Origin: Pseudomonadota bacterium
GTDB taxonomy: Bacteria > Pseudomonadota > Alphaproteobacteria > Kiloniellales > Kiloniellaceae
Assembly: GCA_039028695.1 (NCBI GenBank)
Contig: JBCCHN010000005.1
Coordinates: forward strand, 5,444-69,443
Direction: 5' to 3'
DNA: 64,000 nt
The position numbers and the translations under genes are program-made. Each line of letters opens with the position of its first letter. The stretch's first letter is position 1. Of the stretch, positions 1 through 12,782 are shown piece after piece. The notes under the pieces were generated by a model. The model worked only from the letters and a program-made list of their open reading frames with translations. It had not been told where the DNA came from and ran no database searches.

Positions 1-1182
1 CATAGCCAGCAGGGCGAGCAGGCCTAAGCCCGCAAATCCAACCACCAAGGGCAAGACGGTACCGTCATAAAGCGCGCCGATAGCCGTTCCCACCGCAAAG
101 GAAATAAAGGTTGTTCCAGAACCTACGACGGCCGCCGCAACGCCGGCGATGTGACCCAGGGGGGCCATGGCTAAGGCATTGAAATTGCCGAAAAGAATGC
201 CGATGCAAAAGAATCCTACTATCATCACCCCCATAAAAAGCCAAAAGGGAGCAGTAGGGGCGCTCAGCAACACATAAGCCGCAAAGGCACCCGTCAAAAT
301 CGTCAGGATGATTAAGGCCACGCGGCTTAAGGGACGCATGCCATAGCGCATTACCAGCTTCGCATTGAAAAGACCGGCCGCACCAATGGCCAGGGCCAAA
401 ACCCCGAAGTAGAGCGGGAAAAGATGGCCCAGGCCGTAGAGTTCCTGAAAAATCTGCTGAGAGGAGGTTAGGTAGCCCACGAAGGCGCCGAAAACCAAGC
501 CGCCGGCAACGGTGTATCCCATGGCCACTCGACTGGCACAGCACTCATGAATAGCCCCATAAACCGTCTGCCAAGTAAAGGGCCGCCGGCGTTCGGCTTG
601 CAGGGTCTCTGGCTGACGCAGGGCAAACCAAGTCAAAGCCACCACCGCCAGGACAAAGAGCAAGCCAAAGATCACCCGCCAATGGGACAGAACAAGAATT
701 CCCTGCCCCATAGCCGGCGCCAAGGCCGGCACGAGGATGAAAACTGCCATGACGATGGACATAATCCGGGCCATGGCCCGCCCCTCATAGAGGTCACGCA
801 CCATGGCGATCACCACGATCCGCGGCCCCGCAGCCCCCAGTCCCTGGAGCAGACGCCCCACCAGCATTGTCGTGTAATCCGTGGCAAAGGCAGAGAGCAG
901 ACAGCCGGCTATGAAGATCACGAAGCCCGCGTAAATGGGCCGCTTGCGACCGAAACTATCGGACAAGGGCCCATAGATCACCTGTCCAATGGCCAGCCCG
1001 AGAAACAGCATGGCGACCACAAGCTGGCGATCGTTGTCGTGGGCCACCTCCAAGTCCGCCCCAATATCCGCTAGGGCCGGCAACATGGCATCGATGGAAA
1101 GCGCCACAAGCGACGTCATCAAGGCCGCCAAGGTCACAAACTCGCCCAAGCGAGGCCCGGATAGTGATTGGCTTGATGACAA
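1..1182 (-). CDS. MFS transporter, Bcr/CflA drug-resistance subfamily (3' end runs off the window)
   Basis: Absent from the ORF track because it is edge-truncated. My minus-strand translation from TTG at 1182 (GGGGAG 6 nt upstream) stays open to position 1. It reads ...LGEFVTLAALMTSLVALSIDAMLPAL...GQVIYGPLSDSFGRKRPIYAGF...GRLLQGLGAAGPRIV..., which contains MFS motif A and a Bcr/CflA-like N-terminus. Confidence 0.8.
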   Translation of the reverse strand, partial: MSSSQSLSGPRLGEFVTLAALMTSLVALSIDAMLPALADIGADLEVAHDNDRQLVVAMLFLGLAIGQVIYGPLSDSFGRKRPIYAGFVIFIAGCLLSAFATDYTTMLVGRLLQGLGAAGPRIVVIAMVRDLYEGRAMARIMSIVMAVFILVPALAPAMGQGILVLSHWRVIFGLLFVLAVVALTWFALRQPETLQAERRRPFTWQTVYGAIHECCASRVAMGYTVAGGLVFGAFVGYLTSSQQIFQELYGLGHLFPLYFGVLALAIGAAGLFNAKLVMRYGMRPLSRVALIILTILTGAFAAYVLLSAPTAPFWLFMGVMIVGFFCIGILFGNFNALAMAPLGHIAGVAAAVVGSGTTFISFAVGTAIGALYDGTVLPLVVGFAGLGLLALLAM

Positions 1183-1381
1183 GGTGGCTCCCCGAAAATC
1201 AGACAACTTCGAATTAAAATAACATGGATTGCAAATAAAAAGGCCCGCCTCACCGTCGCGGCCAGCCGCCCCGCCTGCCTTGTGACAGCTTGGACTTCCA
1301 ATCACAAGCCCGTAGGCATATCCATCAGACTAGAGATTTTGTCGCTAAGCGCTACTATGGGATCAATAGGAGAGGAAGACC

Positions 1382-1849
1382 ATGTCTCAAAAATTCACGG
1401 GCGGATGCCTCTGCGGGGCAATTAGGTATGAGACGACAGCCGCCCCCATAGAATCCTATTTATGCCATTGCCGCATCTGTCAGCGACACACGGGCAGTGC
1501 CTTTTGGGCGGGCGTTCGCTTTCCCATGGAGGGTTTTCGCTACACGAACGGTATGCCAAGCTATTTTAATTCCTCGCCCCTGATAAGGCGGGGGTTTTGC
1601 ATCGCCTGCGGCTCGACCCTTGAAGTGTCCTACGTGGATCCGCCCTGGGACGATTACGAGCAGGGCTACGAAATGGCGCTAGGGAGCCTGGACGACCCCG
1701 GCGAGTTAACGCCATCCTATCACTTCGGCGCCGAAAGCATGTGGGATTGGGTTCACTTCGATGGGGCTATCCCGCGTCAGCGGTGCGACGAGGATATGGA
1801 CCTACAAGCCGCTCTGTCCGATGCGGATTTTAAAAGCCGCACCCCTTAA
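1382..1849 (+). CDS. GFA (glutathione-dependent formaldehyde-activating / CENP-V) family protein
   Basis: 155 aa. Zn-binding Cys pattern GGCLCGAIRY...CHCRICQRHTGSAF...FCIACGS is typical of GFA-family proteins. Confidence 0.8.
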   Translation: MSQKFTGGCLCGAIRYETTAAPIESYLCHCRICQRHTGSAFWAGVRFPMEGFRYTNGMPSYFNSSPLIRRGFCIACGSTLEVSYVDPPWDDYEQGYEMALGSLDDPGELTPSYHFGAESMWDWVHFDGAIPRQRCDEDMDLQAALSDADFKSRTP

Positions 1850-1867
1850 GCCTTTTCAGGAAGCGAC

Positions 1868-2986
1868 ATGCAAGACTTGCAAATTAACGATCAGAGCCTA
1901 CCCGCCGACGAGCGGGATTGGCTGCGCGAGGCCATCGCGCTCATCGCCGCTGACACCAACCGTTCAGCGGACACCCACCTGATCCGCGTGCCCCTGCCCT
2001 GTTTGGGTGACGTGACCCTTTATCTCAAAGACGAATCAACCCATCCTTCGGGCAGCCTCAAGCACCGTCTGGCCCGGTCCCTTTTTCTCTATGGTCTCTG
2101 TAACGGGCGCATCCGACGGGGCCGGCCCATCATCGAGGCCTCCTCAGGCAGCACTGCCATTTCCGAAGCCTATTTTGCCCAGCTGTTGGGCCTGCCCTTC
2201 ATCGCCGTCGTGCCCAAGACCACCGCGCCGGAAAAAATCGCCGAGATCGAATTTCACGACGGTGAATGTCACAAAGTCCCGCCTAAGGACATCTATGCCC
2301 AGGCCGAGGCTTTGGCCGCCGAACGGGGCGGTCACTACATGGATCAGTTCACCAATGCGGAGCGGGCCACCGATTGGCGCGGCAACAACAACATTGCCGA
2401 AAGCCTCTTTGCCCAGATGAGCCGGGAGCCCCATCCCGTCCCCCGCTGGATCGTGGTTTCCGCCGGCACCGGCGGCACCTCGGCCACCTTGGGGCGTTAC
2501 ATCCGCTATCAAGCCGGGCACTACCTGGATACCAAGCTCTGCGTCGTGGACCCGGAACATTCGGTCTTTTACGACTTTTTCCACAGCCGGGACCGCAGCC
2601 TGACCAGCCCGCGCGGCTCGCGCATCGAAGGCATCGGTCGTCCGAGGGTTGAGCCCTCTTTCCTGCCCGAGGTTATCGACCGCATGATGAATGTTCCCGA
2701 CGCCGCTTCCATCGCCACCATGCGCTGGCTTGAGGGCGTCCTCGGCCGCAAGTGCGGCGGCTCCACCGGCACCAATGTCTACGGCGCGCTCACCATCGCC
2801 AGCAAACTGGCCGACGCAGGCGAAGCCGGCAGCATCGTCTCCATGATCTGCGATCCCGGCGAACGCTACCTGCACAGCTACTACAACAATGACTGGGTCG
2901 CCGATCAGGGCCTGGAACTGGGGCCCTATTTGGAGCAGCTAAGAGAATTTCAAAAGACCGGTCATTTGGACCCGCTTAGGGGATAA
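1868..2986 (+). CDS. PLP-dependent cysteine synthase family protein (fold type II)
   Basis: 372 aa. Has a PLP-lysine context ([11 protein letters not shown]), the glycine loop [13 protein letters not shown], and an 18-nt gap after the upstream gene. Confidence 0.75.
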   Translation: MQDLQINDQSLPADERDWLREAIALIAADTNRSADTHLIRVPLPCLGDVTLYLKDESTHPSGSLKHRLARSLFLYGLCNGRIRRGRPIIEASSGSTAISEAYFAQLLGLPFIAVVPKTTAPEKIAEIEFHDGECHKVPPKDIYAQAEALAAERGGHYMDQFTNAERATDWRGNNNIAESLFAQMSREPHPVPRWIVVSAGTGGTSATLGRYIRYQAGHYLDTKLCVVDPEHSVFYDFFHSRDRSLTSPRGSRIEGIGRPRVEPSFLPEVIDRMMNVPDAASIATMRWLEGVLGRKCGGSTGTNVYGALTIASKLADAGEAGSIVSMICDPGERYLHSYYNNDWVADQGLELGPYLEQLREFQKTGHLDPLRG

Positions 2987-3003
2987 CACCGACGGCGGTG
3001 CCG

Positions 3004-4551
3004 TCACTCCCACTCAATAGTGCCCGGGGGTTTTGAAGTGACGTCGTAGACCACCCGGTTGACGCCGCGCACCTCGTTGATAATGCGGGTGGCGACTTGC
3101 GATAAGAAGGCATGCTCAAAGGGGTAGCTGTCGGCGGTCATGCCGTCGCTGGAGGTGACGGCCCTGAGGGCACAGACATTGTCATAGGATCGGGCATCGC
3201 CCATAACGCCCACGGTCTTGACCGGCAGCAGGACGGCGAAGGCCTGCCAGATCTCGTCGTAGAGCCCGGCCTTGCGAATTTCATCCAGATAGATGGCATC
3301 GGCCTTGCGCAGGGTGTTGGCGGCTTCCCGGCTGACATGCCCTGGGATGCGGATCGCCAGGCCCGGCCCTGGAAAGGGGTGCCGGCCGATCAGGCTCTCG
3401 GGCAGTCCCAACTCATAGCCTAAGGCCCGCACCTCGTCCTTAAAAAGCTCCCGCAGGGGTTCCACCAGCTTCATCTTCATGCGCTCGGGCAGGCCGCCCA
3501 CGTTATGGTGAGACTTAATGGTCACCGAGGGCCCACCGGTGAAGGATACGGATTCGATCACATCAGGGTAAAGTGTCCCTTGTGCTAGAAAATCCGCGCC
3601 GCCCAGCTTGTTGGCTTCTTCTTCGAAAACATCAATGAAGGTCCCGCCGATGATTTTTCTTTTTTGCTCGGGGTCGCTCACCCCCTCCAGCTTGCCGAGG
3701 AACAGGTCGCTGGCGTCCCGATGCACCAGAGGAATATTATAGTGTTCCCGAAATAGGCTCACCACCTGATCCGCCTCGCCTTGGCGCAGGAGGCCATGGT
3801 CCACAAAAATGCAATGCAATTGCTCGCCGATAGCCTCGTGGATCAACACTGCCGCCACGGAGGAGTCCACCCCGCCGCTCAAGCCGCAGATAACCCTGGC
3901 CGAACCCACCTGTTGGCGTATGGCCTGGATCGCCTGATCCCGGAAGGCGGCCATGGTCCAAGTACCTTGGCAATCGGCCACGTGGCGCACGAAATTGTTC
4001 AGCAGCTTGGCCCCATCGGGGGTGTGCACCACCTCGGGATGGAACTGCACCGCATAGATTCGTCGTTCCTCGTTGGCCACCATGGCATAAGGGGCGCCCT
4101 CGCTGGTGCCCACCACCCGGAACCCCTCGGGGAGGCGCACCACCCGGTCCCCATGGCTCATCCAAACCTGATGAGTTTCGCCGGGCATCCAGAGTCCGTC
4201 ATAGAGAGCCGACGGTTCCTTGACCTCCACAAAGGCACGGCCGAATTCCTGATGATCCGAGGGGGCTACCTCACCGCCCAACTGAGCGCAAATGGTTTGC
4301 TGGCCGTAGCAGATGCCCAACAAAGGCAGATCCATATCAAACACCAGTTCCGGCGCCCGTGGCGTATCGCTGCCCGTGACCGAGGCCGGTCCACCCGAGA
4401 GGATGATGCCGTTGGGCTCAAAATCCCGGATCCGCGCTGGATCGCAATTGAAAGGAAGTATTTCGCAGTAGACGCCAGCCTCCCGCACCCGCCGCGCAAT
4501 GAGCTGAGTAACCTGGGAGCCAAAATCGAGGATGAGAATGCGGTCTTTCAT
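3004..4551 (-). CDS. guaA: GMP synthase (glutamine-hydrolysing)
   Basis: 515 aa. GATase nucleophile [12 protein letters not shown]-PPase P-loop [19 protein letters not shown], and the characteristic C-terminus PPGTIEWE. Confidence 0.97.
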   Translation of the reverse strand: MKDRILILDFGSQVTQLIARRVREAGVYCEILPFNCDPARIRDFEPNGIILSGGPASVTGSDTPRAPELVFDMDLPLLGICYGQQTICAQLGGEVAPSDHQEFGRAFVEVKEPSALYDGLWMPGETHQVWMSHGDRVVRLPEGFRVVGTSEGAPYAMVANEERRIYAVQFHPEVVHTPDGAKLLNNFVRHVADCQGTWTMAAFRDQAIQAIRQQVGSARVICGLSGGVDSSVAAVLIHEAIGEQLHCIFVDHGLLRQGEADQVVSLFREHYNIPLVHRDASDLFLGKLEGVSDPEQKRKIIGGTFIDVFEEEANKLGGADFLAQGTLYPDVIESVSFTGGPSVTIKSHHNVGGLPERMKMKLVEPLRELFKDEVRALGYELGLPESLIGRHPFPGPGLAIRIPGHVSREAANTLRKADAIYLDEIRKAGLYDEIWQAFAVLLPVKTVGVMGDARSYDNVCALRAVTSSDGMTADSYPFEHAFLSQVATRIINEVRGVNRVVYDVTSKPPGTIEWE

Positions 4552-4583
4552 GGCCGGAACCTAAGGATGGAACGGAGTCCTGT

Positions 4584-5936
4584 CTAGAGCGGAGTTGATG
4601 GCAAAGTCTTCGGCTTTTTGCGCTCCAAAGCTGCGACAAAAAAGCCGTCGGTACCCTGCCCTGCGGGCGTTAGATTTAGGGTGTTCCCCTCCCCTGGCGG
4701 CACACCGCCTAAGACCTGCGCCCAGACCTGGGAGATGGGCAATAGGGTGAAATCTTCATGAGCTTCCAGAAAGCCCTCTACCTGGTGAACATTTTCCTCA
4801 GGCAACAAGGAGCAAGTGGCATAGATCAAGCGGCCGCCCGGAGTGGTCAGGCTCGCCGCTTGGTTTAAGAGAGACTGCTGCAACGCCACATCACGGCTCA
4901 CATCCTCTGCGGTCAGGCGCCAGCGGGCATCGGGGCTGCGGCGCCACCGTCCCGTACCCGAACAGGGCGCATCCACCAATACTCGGTCAAAGGAGGCAGC
5001 CTGGCTTGCTAAGGCTTCAGGGTCGCTGGACAGCTCCACACCCGTGATGCCGGCCCGCTTCAGGCGAGGCCGAGTGCCGGCCAGCCGCTTTGCATCAATG
5101 TCAAATGCCACAAGCCGCCCTCTCTCCTTCGCTAGATCCGGCCCTAAAGCGGCCGCCAGAGGCAGTGTTTTTCCGCCCCCACCGGCGCACAGATCCAAGA
5201 CGGCCTGGTTCGGCTTTACATCGCACAGCAGCGCTGCCAGTTGGGCGGCCTCGTCCTGGAGCTCGAACCAGCCCTTACGAAAAGCCTCCGTGCCAAGCAA
5301 GCCGCGGCGCCCGGACACCACCAGGCCATGGGGCGCCAGTCCGCAGGGTTGGGTCTCAATCCCCTCTTCCGCTAAGGCGGCCTGAAGCGCCGCCCGATCG
5401 CAGAGCAAAGTGTTGGACCGAATGTGGACTGGAGCCGGCTCACGCAGGGCCAAGAGCTCGGTTTCGACTTGCTCCCCAAAAGCGGACTGAAATCGAGCCC
5501 AGAGCCAATCCGGCACTTCGCAGCGGGTAGCCTCGGGCATATCAGGATGATCCAAACCGTCCCCCGGCAATAAGCACAGGAGGTCCCTTTCTCTCTGCTC
5601 CAAAGCATAGGGGCCATAGGCGCCCGCCCCGCACAAAGCCTCGATCTGATCCAGGCGCGCGGCCCCGCTTTGCCTTAGATAAAACAAAGGGGACAAGCGA
5701 GCGCGTGCCGATTCCAAAAGCACCTCGGCAGGGCCCGCCTTTTGTAGCCACCAGGTAAGGCGCGCTTGGGCGCGGATCACGGCAAAGATCTGTTCTTGAA
5801 TGGCCCGGCGGTCTTTCGCACCCATATAACGCCGGGCGCGGCAATAGCGTTCGATCACCTGCTCGGCGGGCTGAGCCGCCTGGGCAATCTCTTGCAATAA
5901 TTCCATACTCGCCTGCAGGCGGGCGCCCTCTTGCAC
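4584..5936 (-). CDS. RsmB/NOP-family rRNA cytosine-C5 methyltransferase
   Basis: 450 aa. SAM motif DLCAGGGGKT and catalytic Cys motifs DAPCSGTG and YATCSLLPEEN. Sits between guaA and guaB. Confidence 0.8.
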   Translation of the reverse strand: MQEGARLQASMELLQEIAQAAQPAEQVIERYCRARRYMGAKDRRAIQEQIFAVIRAQARLTWWLQKAGPAEVLLESARARLSPLFYLRQSGAARLDQIEALCGAGAYGPYALEQRERDLLCLLPGDGLDHPDMPEATRCEVPDWLWARFQSAFGEQVETELLALREPAPVHIRSNTLLCDRAALQAALAEEGIETQPCGLAPHGLVVSGRRGLLGTEAFRKGWFELQDEAAQLAALLCDVKPNQAVLDLCAGGGGKTLPLAAALGPDLAKERGRLVAFDIDAKRLAGTRPRLKRAGITGVELSSDPEALASQAASFDRVLVDAPCSGTGRWRRSPDARWRLTAEDVSRDVALQQSLLNQAASLTTPGGRLIYATCSLLPEENVHQVEGFLEAHEDFTLLPISQVWAQVLGGVPPGEGNTLNLTPAGQGTDGFFVAALERKKPKTLPSTPL

Positions 5937-5942
5937 GGCGTT

Positions 5943-7460
<1,518 letters not shown>

Positions 7461-7702
7461 TCAATGTTCCGGACTCGCGACACCCGACAGTTTCAAACCG
7501 AAGGGGTCATGAAGACCAGGGTCATTCACCTAGCAGTCCATTGCATCGGGGTATAAAAAAAGACCCTGCCCGCGATTGGCGGAAGGGGATGCAAAAAAGG
7601 TCACGCTCGGAGGTGATTGGCGCTGCATCATACACAATGGCGCCGTGTTGCAAAGGGGATTCGCTCGGTCGGCAAAACAAAAAATATACGGACCTCTGGC
7701 CC

Positions 7703-8512
7703 CTATGAAGTCTCGTTTTCCATCGCGCCGCGGAAACCCTCTGCGACCAGATACATTTCCGAGGAATCGCTGCGGCTCGCCTCGGGCTTTACATGACGGA
7801 CCTTACGGAAGCTCTGCCGAAGGTTGTTCAGGAGTTCCCGCTCCGTGCCCCCTTGCAGGACCTTGGCAACGAACCAGCCTTCAGGTGCCAAAATAGAACA
7901 AGCGAAATCAAAAGCTGCCTCGGCCAAGGCCATGACCCGAAGATGATCGGTTTTGGGATGGCCGGTCGAGGCCGCTGCCATATCGGACAAAACCACATCC
8001 GCCGGCCCGCTCAAGGCGGCTTGCAAGCGGGCCGGCGCATCGTCATCCAAGAAGTCACCGACCAACAGAATAGCCCCTTCGACAGGTTCCACCTCGCTGA
8101 GGTCAATCCCCACAAGCCTCCCCTTGGCCCCACAGCGTTCCGCAGCCACCTGGAGCCATCCGCCGGGGGCACAGCCCAGATCCACGACCCTGGCCCCAGC
8201 CGACAAAAATCCGAAACGATCGTCGAGCTGCGCCAGCTTGAAAGCGGCACGCGACCGATATCCCAAGCGTCGCGCCTCGCTGACATATGGATCGTTGAGT
8301 TGGCGCTCCAACCAGCGGGTAGAAGATAGAGATCGTCTTTTCGCGGTTTTGACCCGCACCTTCAGGCCCTCACCACGGGGCACCGACCCGGTTCCCCGTT
8401 TGCTTCCGGCCCCCCTTTGGCTTAAGGAGCCTTTTCGGGCGCTCCGACGATTCTCTCCCGCGCGACCGTTGCCCCGACCACCGGTTCCCCGGCGGCGGCC
8501 CCCTTGGCTCAC
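7703..8512 (-). CDS. rlmE: 23S rRNA (uridine-2'-O)-methyltransferase RlmE/FtsJ with an Arg/Gly-rich N-terminal extension
   Basis: 269 aa. FtsJ motifs [37 protein letters not shown]. The GTG start overlaps the ppx stop (GTGA). Confidence 0.9.
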   Translation of the reverse strand: MSQGGRRRGTGGRGNGRAGENRRSARKGSLSQRGAGSKRGTGSVPRGEGLKVRVKTAKRRSLSSTRWLERQLNDPYVSEARRLGYRSRAAFKLAQLDDRFGFLSAGARVVDLGCAPGGWLQVAAERCGAKGRLVGIDLSEVEPVEGAILLVGDFLDDDAPARLQAALSGPADVVLSDMAAASTGHPKTDHLRVMALAEAAFDFACSILAPEGWFVAKVLQGGTERELLNNLRQSFRKVRHVKPEASRSDSSEMYLVAEGFRGAMENETS

Positions 8513-9702
8513 TGTCCAGGCTCCGCTAAGGATGCTTCGGTCGGGGCTGGCCCAGCAGGTCGGGACTCTGCAGGCTCGCGACCCTCCGCGCGGTGCTCCC
8601 GCATCAAGGTCATAAGAATACCTTCACGCAGACCCCGGTCCGCCACATGCAGACCCGGTGCCGGCCATAGCCGGTAGAGGCCCTCTAAAATGGCGCAGCC
8701 GGCAATGACCAAATCCGCCCGGTCCCGGCCAATGCAGCCGTGCCGCTCCCGGGCGCGGTAGTCCATCGCCACGATCGAACGGCAAATGGCCGCGACCGTT
8801 GCCCGATCCAGATAACTGCCATCAACCTGGTTACGGTCGTAGCGGCGCAATCTTTTATGGACGCCGGCCAGGGTGGTCACGGTTCCCGACGTCCCGATAA
8901 TCTGAATTTCACCGGCACGGGCCCGCTGCTCTAGATGGTGGGCCTGCTCGAAGGGTCGGGCGGCGGCCTCAACCTCGGCGACCATGGCTTCGTAGGCCTC
9001 GCGCGACACCTCACGGCCGCCGTAACGTTCCGCCAAGCTGACCACGCCGAATGGCAAAGAACACCATTCCCGCACCTGGTGCCGCCGGCCGCTTGGGTCA
9101 ACATCGCCCTCTCCCCGAAGGGTCAACCAGGAAATCTCCGTACTGCCGCCACCGATGTCGATGATCAAGGCGTCGCTTTTGCTGTGATCCAATAAAGAGG
9201 CGCAACTGTCCGCCGCCAGGCAAACCTCCTCCCAATTGGAGATGACTTCCAACTCGATCCCGGTCTCCGCTTTCGCCCGGGCCAAGAGGTCAGCCTGGTT
9301 CTCCGCGCGCCGACAAGCCTCGGTCGCCACGGCCCGAACCGACTTGACCCCATGGTACCGCAGCTTTTCAGAACAGGCGCGCAGGGCCTTCATGGTACGG
9401 GCCACCGCCGCGTCTGATAGGGCGCCATTGCTGGTTAGGCCTTCGCCGAGACGGACGATCCGTGAATAGGCATCGACGACCCGGAATCCGCCCCGACTGG
9501 GACGGGCGATCAGAAGCCGACAGTTGTTGGTCCCCAAATCCAAGGCGCCGAAAGCCGGGCCGGCCCTGCCCCGTCCAGTCTTGCGCGGCGTAGGGTGCCC
9601 AGCTTGCCCCGAGGCGGGCGTGTCGCGTTTCGCCTCTCTATTCGGCGTTGCCTTGGACAGGCCCGACTTGCTTACCGTCCTTTGAATCAAAGGGTTATCC
9701 AA
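8509..9702 (-). CDS. Ppx/GppA family exopolyphosphatase/phosphatase
   Basis: 397 aa. ASKHA phosphate motifs [14 protein letters not shown] and [10 protein letters not shown]. Overlaps rlmE by 4 nt. Confidence 0.85.
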   Translation of the reverse strand: MDNPLIQRTVSKSGLSKATPNREAKRDTPASGQAGHPTPRKTGRGRAGPAFGALDLGTNNCRLLIARPSRGGFRVVDAYSRIVRLGEGLTSNGALSDAAVARTMKALRACSEKLRYHGVKSVRAVATEACRRAENQADLLARAKAETGIELEVISNWEEVCLAADSCASLLDHSKSDALIIDIGGGSTEISWLTLRGEGDVDPSGRRHQVREWCSLPFGVVSLAERYGGREVSREAYEAMVAEVEAAARPFEQAHHLEQRARAGEIQIIGTSGTVTTLAGVHKRLRRYDRNQVDGSYLDRATVAAICRSIVAMDYRARERHGCIGRDRADLVIAGCAILEGLYRLWPAPGLHVADRGLREGILMTLMREHRAEGREPAESRPAGPAPTEASLAEPGQ

Positions 9703-10003
9703 TTTTCCGCCTCTGTTCGTCCGCCGTTGTTTGACCGGCGTTGGATCAAGCCCCGTTTCAGGGTCATGTATGACAGCCTACACCAGTTTGGCTGAGGCTT
9801 CCCGTCTTTTGTCACAAATTTTTCATATAGGCACACTGGCAGCCCCCGCACTCTCCGAGAGGAGAGGCCGTACCGTCGTGCGAAAGCGGTTGAACAAGAC
9901 CGCCCCCTGAGACTAAAAAGGACACCTGCGATCGGATTGGATCAACGGACCGTTAGTCGCCCGCAACGTCAGGCGCCTATCAAAAAGCCCAGCTCGATCA
10001 TTT

Positions 10004-10077
10004 TGGGGAATAGTTTAGCGGTAGAACTCTCGGCTCTGACCCGAGCAGCCCTGGTTCGAATCCAGGTTCCCCAGCCA
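10004..10077 (+). tRNA. tRNA-Gln (anticodon CUG)
   Basis: Cloverleaf folded by hand. Acceptor TGGGGAA/TTCCCCA (U1:A72, discriminator G73, encoded CCA). D arm GTTT-AGCGGTA-GAAC. Anticodon stem CTCGG/CCGAG with loop CT-CTG-AC. T arm CCTGG-TTCGAAT-CCAGG. Length 74 nt. Confidence 0.9.
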
Positions 10078-10360
10078 ATTATTTCAATGACTTAGCGTTT
10101 AGCATTGGTTGGCCTGCGAGATTTGGGCCCTAGATAGGCTTTGGCTCTTGCCTCGGCGGCCTTGGCCTGGGCCGCGAAGATGTCTGCGTTTTGATATCTG
10201 AGCCTGTCAATCATAGTCCCGCCCCTTGCGCCAGTTGGGCTAGGTAACATGTCCAATCTTTAACCCAATGATTGGGCAACCGACATCATGGCATTCGACG
10301 TTTTAGTCAAGGGAAGAAATTCCTTTTTCGTTCAACTCTCAGCACAAAGGGACTAGAGCC

Positions 10361-10594
10361 ATGACCTACAAATCTTCGAATGATCAACGCAATGCCGTCG
10401 ACTTGATCGTCCAAGCGCGTGATGCCCGTAACGCGGCATTGATGCGAGTCATTCGTCATATATTCCGTACGCCCGAGGCGGTCGTTGCCAAGTGCCATTT
10501 GGAGCCTCAAGTTGAGCCTATATCTAATTCGGCCAAACCCAGCAATCGTCGCGCAGTAAACCCACTAACACTCCGTGGGCTCCACATCAGCTAA
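10361..10594 (+). CDS. hypothetical protein (orphan, 77 aa)
   Basis: ORF with AAAGGGA about 8 nt upstream of the ATG, in the AT-rich islet. No recognisable motif, so it may not be coding. Confidence 0.3.
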   Translation: MTYKSSNDQRNAVDLIVQARDARNAALMRVIRHIFRTPEAVVAKCHLEPQVEPISNSAKPSNRRAVNPLTLRGLHIS

Positions 10595-11461
10595 GCCACC
10601 GTGCTTTGCGCCTAAAGTCGGCGGTCAAAGGAGAACTTTGATCGCCGGCAAGGCAGAGTGAAAGGTTCCAAGCAGATCGCCGCTTTCACCAATCCAAGAA
10701 AGCCATTAACGAAAAGGTGACACTAATTAGCAGCGCAGACTAGCAAAGGCTGAAACCTCATGATCCGTTTTCTTTTCATCGAATATGTACCCTGCCGGTT
10801 GTCGCACTATTCTTGGACACTAATCTGGCCTAGCCGCCACCTGATGCAGTTGACTACTCCGCAGCCACGAGGTTCCCGCCCAGCGGGACACAAACCCATA
10901 CCAAAGCGATTCTAGGGATCATTCCCCTGACATATCGCATCAATTTTTGATATGTATTTTTATCCCTCCAGTCCGATGTATATCAGTGCCCAAGCCGCAT
11001 CACAGCAATGCCGGAACTCGGGCTCAAAGTTGGCCTTGATTATTGTTCGGCTTGCTTGGCGACCGGCGGCGTCAATTTTTGATCGTGCAACAGAACCCGT
11101 TGGATCATCCCGTCGTCGTTCCGGGCTGCAAGCCAGTGCATATCACCTGCCCGTATGAGCAGATGCCGGCCGCCAGGGCCCGCTCCAAACCGGCGAAGGG
11201 ATAGACACCCATGACCTTCTCAAGCGCTGAACGCCCAGCCTTTGTGCCGCGCAGCACATCAGTTGTATCAGTCAAACCTATCCGTTTGCGCACCTTGGCC
11301 AATAGGAACTGACAGGGAACGCATGTGCGAGGGCATGGCCAAAGGATCAGTGTGCCCGGCCGCCCAATCGACGCTCACTACCCCTTATCACCCATACCAA
11401 AGGGGTGAAACCGATCCAGGCTCAGTCCATTGCGTTTGAGGACCGATATGACGGAATTGAT

Positions 11462-11740
11462 TTAGGTTCCAGCTTTGCGCCGCCAAAATTCCGCATCTTT
11501 GCCCCAGTAGGTGTGCTCAAGGGGGTATCGGCCGCTGCAGGGCATGAGGAACTTCGCCATGAGCTTTTGCCCGATTAGATATGCGTGCTTGGACCGGACC
11601 ATTTCGATGGCTTTTTCCGGGCCTGTGGTGGTCACGTAGTGCCGCTCACGAATATCATCGCGGGAGATGCCGCGCTCAGAGACTGCAAAAAGAGAAAATC
11701 CCGACATGGTCTTCCTGACCTCCCTTATTTTGTGGACCAT
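11462..11740 (-). CDS. hypothetical protein (orphan, 81-92 aa)
   Basis: ORF only, with no recognisable family. An internal ATG (MSGFSLF...) is an alternative start. Confidence 0.35.
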   Translation of the reverse strand: MVHKIREVRKTMSGFSLFAVSERGISRDDIRERHYVTTTGPEKAIEMVRSKHAYLIGQKLMAKFLMPCSGRYPLEHTYWGKDAEFWRRKAGT

Positions 11741-11948
11741 CTTGGCCCTAGAAAGGGTATCCTCTCAGGAATAGAAACTGAATTCAAGATTAACGGCCAC
11801 CTGGCGGAGAAATTCAAGACGGACATGATCGCGGCCGCCGCGCCGACGTTTGGAATCGAGACGAGTAAGGTGGTGCCCAATGGATCAGGCTTAGATTGCG
11901 CAAAGAGCGTATTTTTGAGCTAAATGTCCTATTTTGGAGAAAGTCGTT

Positions 11949-12398
11949 TCACTTTGTAACAAGCTTCGCGGCCAATTCTTCGTAGCTTTCTTCCAAAAAG
12001 TCTTCTGGATGGTTTCTTAGATTTTCTCCTAAAACACCGACCCAATATCTTGCGAGGTCTGGGTTATTCAGTTTGTCGTCATACAGTTCGGCGAGGGAAT
12101 GGCTAATGAAGCACTTGTTCAGGTCATCAGAAGTCTCGCAAGCTAACTCGTAGGCTTCTTTAAAGAGCGCCTCGCTTTCGTGCAGGTTTGGAGAATCGGA
12201 CATGAGCGAGAATTCGGCGATTGTCGCGATGATACTGGCTTTCCTTCCGTACTTTTTGGTGAGGCATTCTAATGACTCCAACAAAGCCTCAATCAAGAAT
12301 ATACGGACACGATCCGAATCGTCCGAATTGACTAAGACATATGCATCGCGCGTGATTTCATCCCAATCTTCATCACTGATCCCGTCAGGCGTCGGCAT
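11949..12398 (-). CDS. hypothetical acidic, predicted all-helical protein (149 aa)
   Basis: Clean ORF in low-GC DNA (one 60-nt line counted at 26/60 G+C). Strongly acidic (DEDWDE, SDDSD, EDFLEESYEE). The composition suggests helical repeats. No family assignment is possible by eye. Confidence 0.55.
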   Translation of the reverse strand: MPTPDGISDEDWDEITRDAYVLVNSDDSDRVRIFLIEALLESLECLTKKYGRKASIIATIAEFSLMSDSPNLHESEALFKEAYELACETSDDLNKCFISHSLAELYDDKLNNPDLARYWVGVLGENLRNHPEDFLEESYEELAAKLVTK

Positions 12399-12782
12399 TG
12401 GTTAATCTTCCCAGGGCCCAGTTGTTCAATGAGGGCTCTTGTGGTTAGCGCAAACGATAACGTGGCCCTCACCGTAGAATATAAATCCAAAGATAGCGCT
12501 TAATATTTTTATTTTATCTTAAGTTTATTTTTTCTGAAACATGGATCAGGATCGACTGATCGCTGAGCTGATCCAGCAAATGAATTGCAAAATGGGCGAA
12601 GACAATTAGCGCACCGGATCGGACAAACTTGACTGACCGAGCAGAGCCATTGCGAAGTTTCGGACTTACAGGATTTTGCCGGATTTTTGAGGATCAGCCG
12701 CCAGAAATCGCTGAAGAGATGGGTATGAGGACGATCATATCCCAAAGAGCCAAAATACAGGTCATTGGAGACTATCGGGGCA

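Noticed and set aside
65-1074. ORF-track calls 65..544(-) and 547..1074(+) with His/Arg-rich translations
   Set aside because: Both lie inside the edge-truncated MFS gene, which is in a different minus-strand frame and shows canonical MFS motifs. The listed ORFs have implausible composition.
2144-4587. Long antisense or alternative-frame ORFs over the PLP enzyme and guaA (for example 2144..2875(-), 3781..4587(+))
   Set aside because: These are high-GC shadow ORFs. The annotated frames carry unambiguous enzyme motifs.
10092-10214. 40-codon minus-strand ORF (MIDRLRYQNADIFAAQAKAAEARAKAYLGPKSRRPTNAKR) ending 15 nt from the tRNA
   Set aside because: It has a plausible purine-rich RBS but no recognisable family, is very short, and has a low-complexity Ala/Lys stretch. 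It cannot be distinguished from chance without conservation data.
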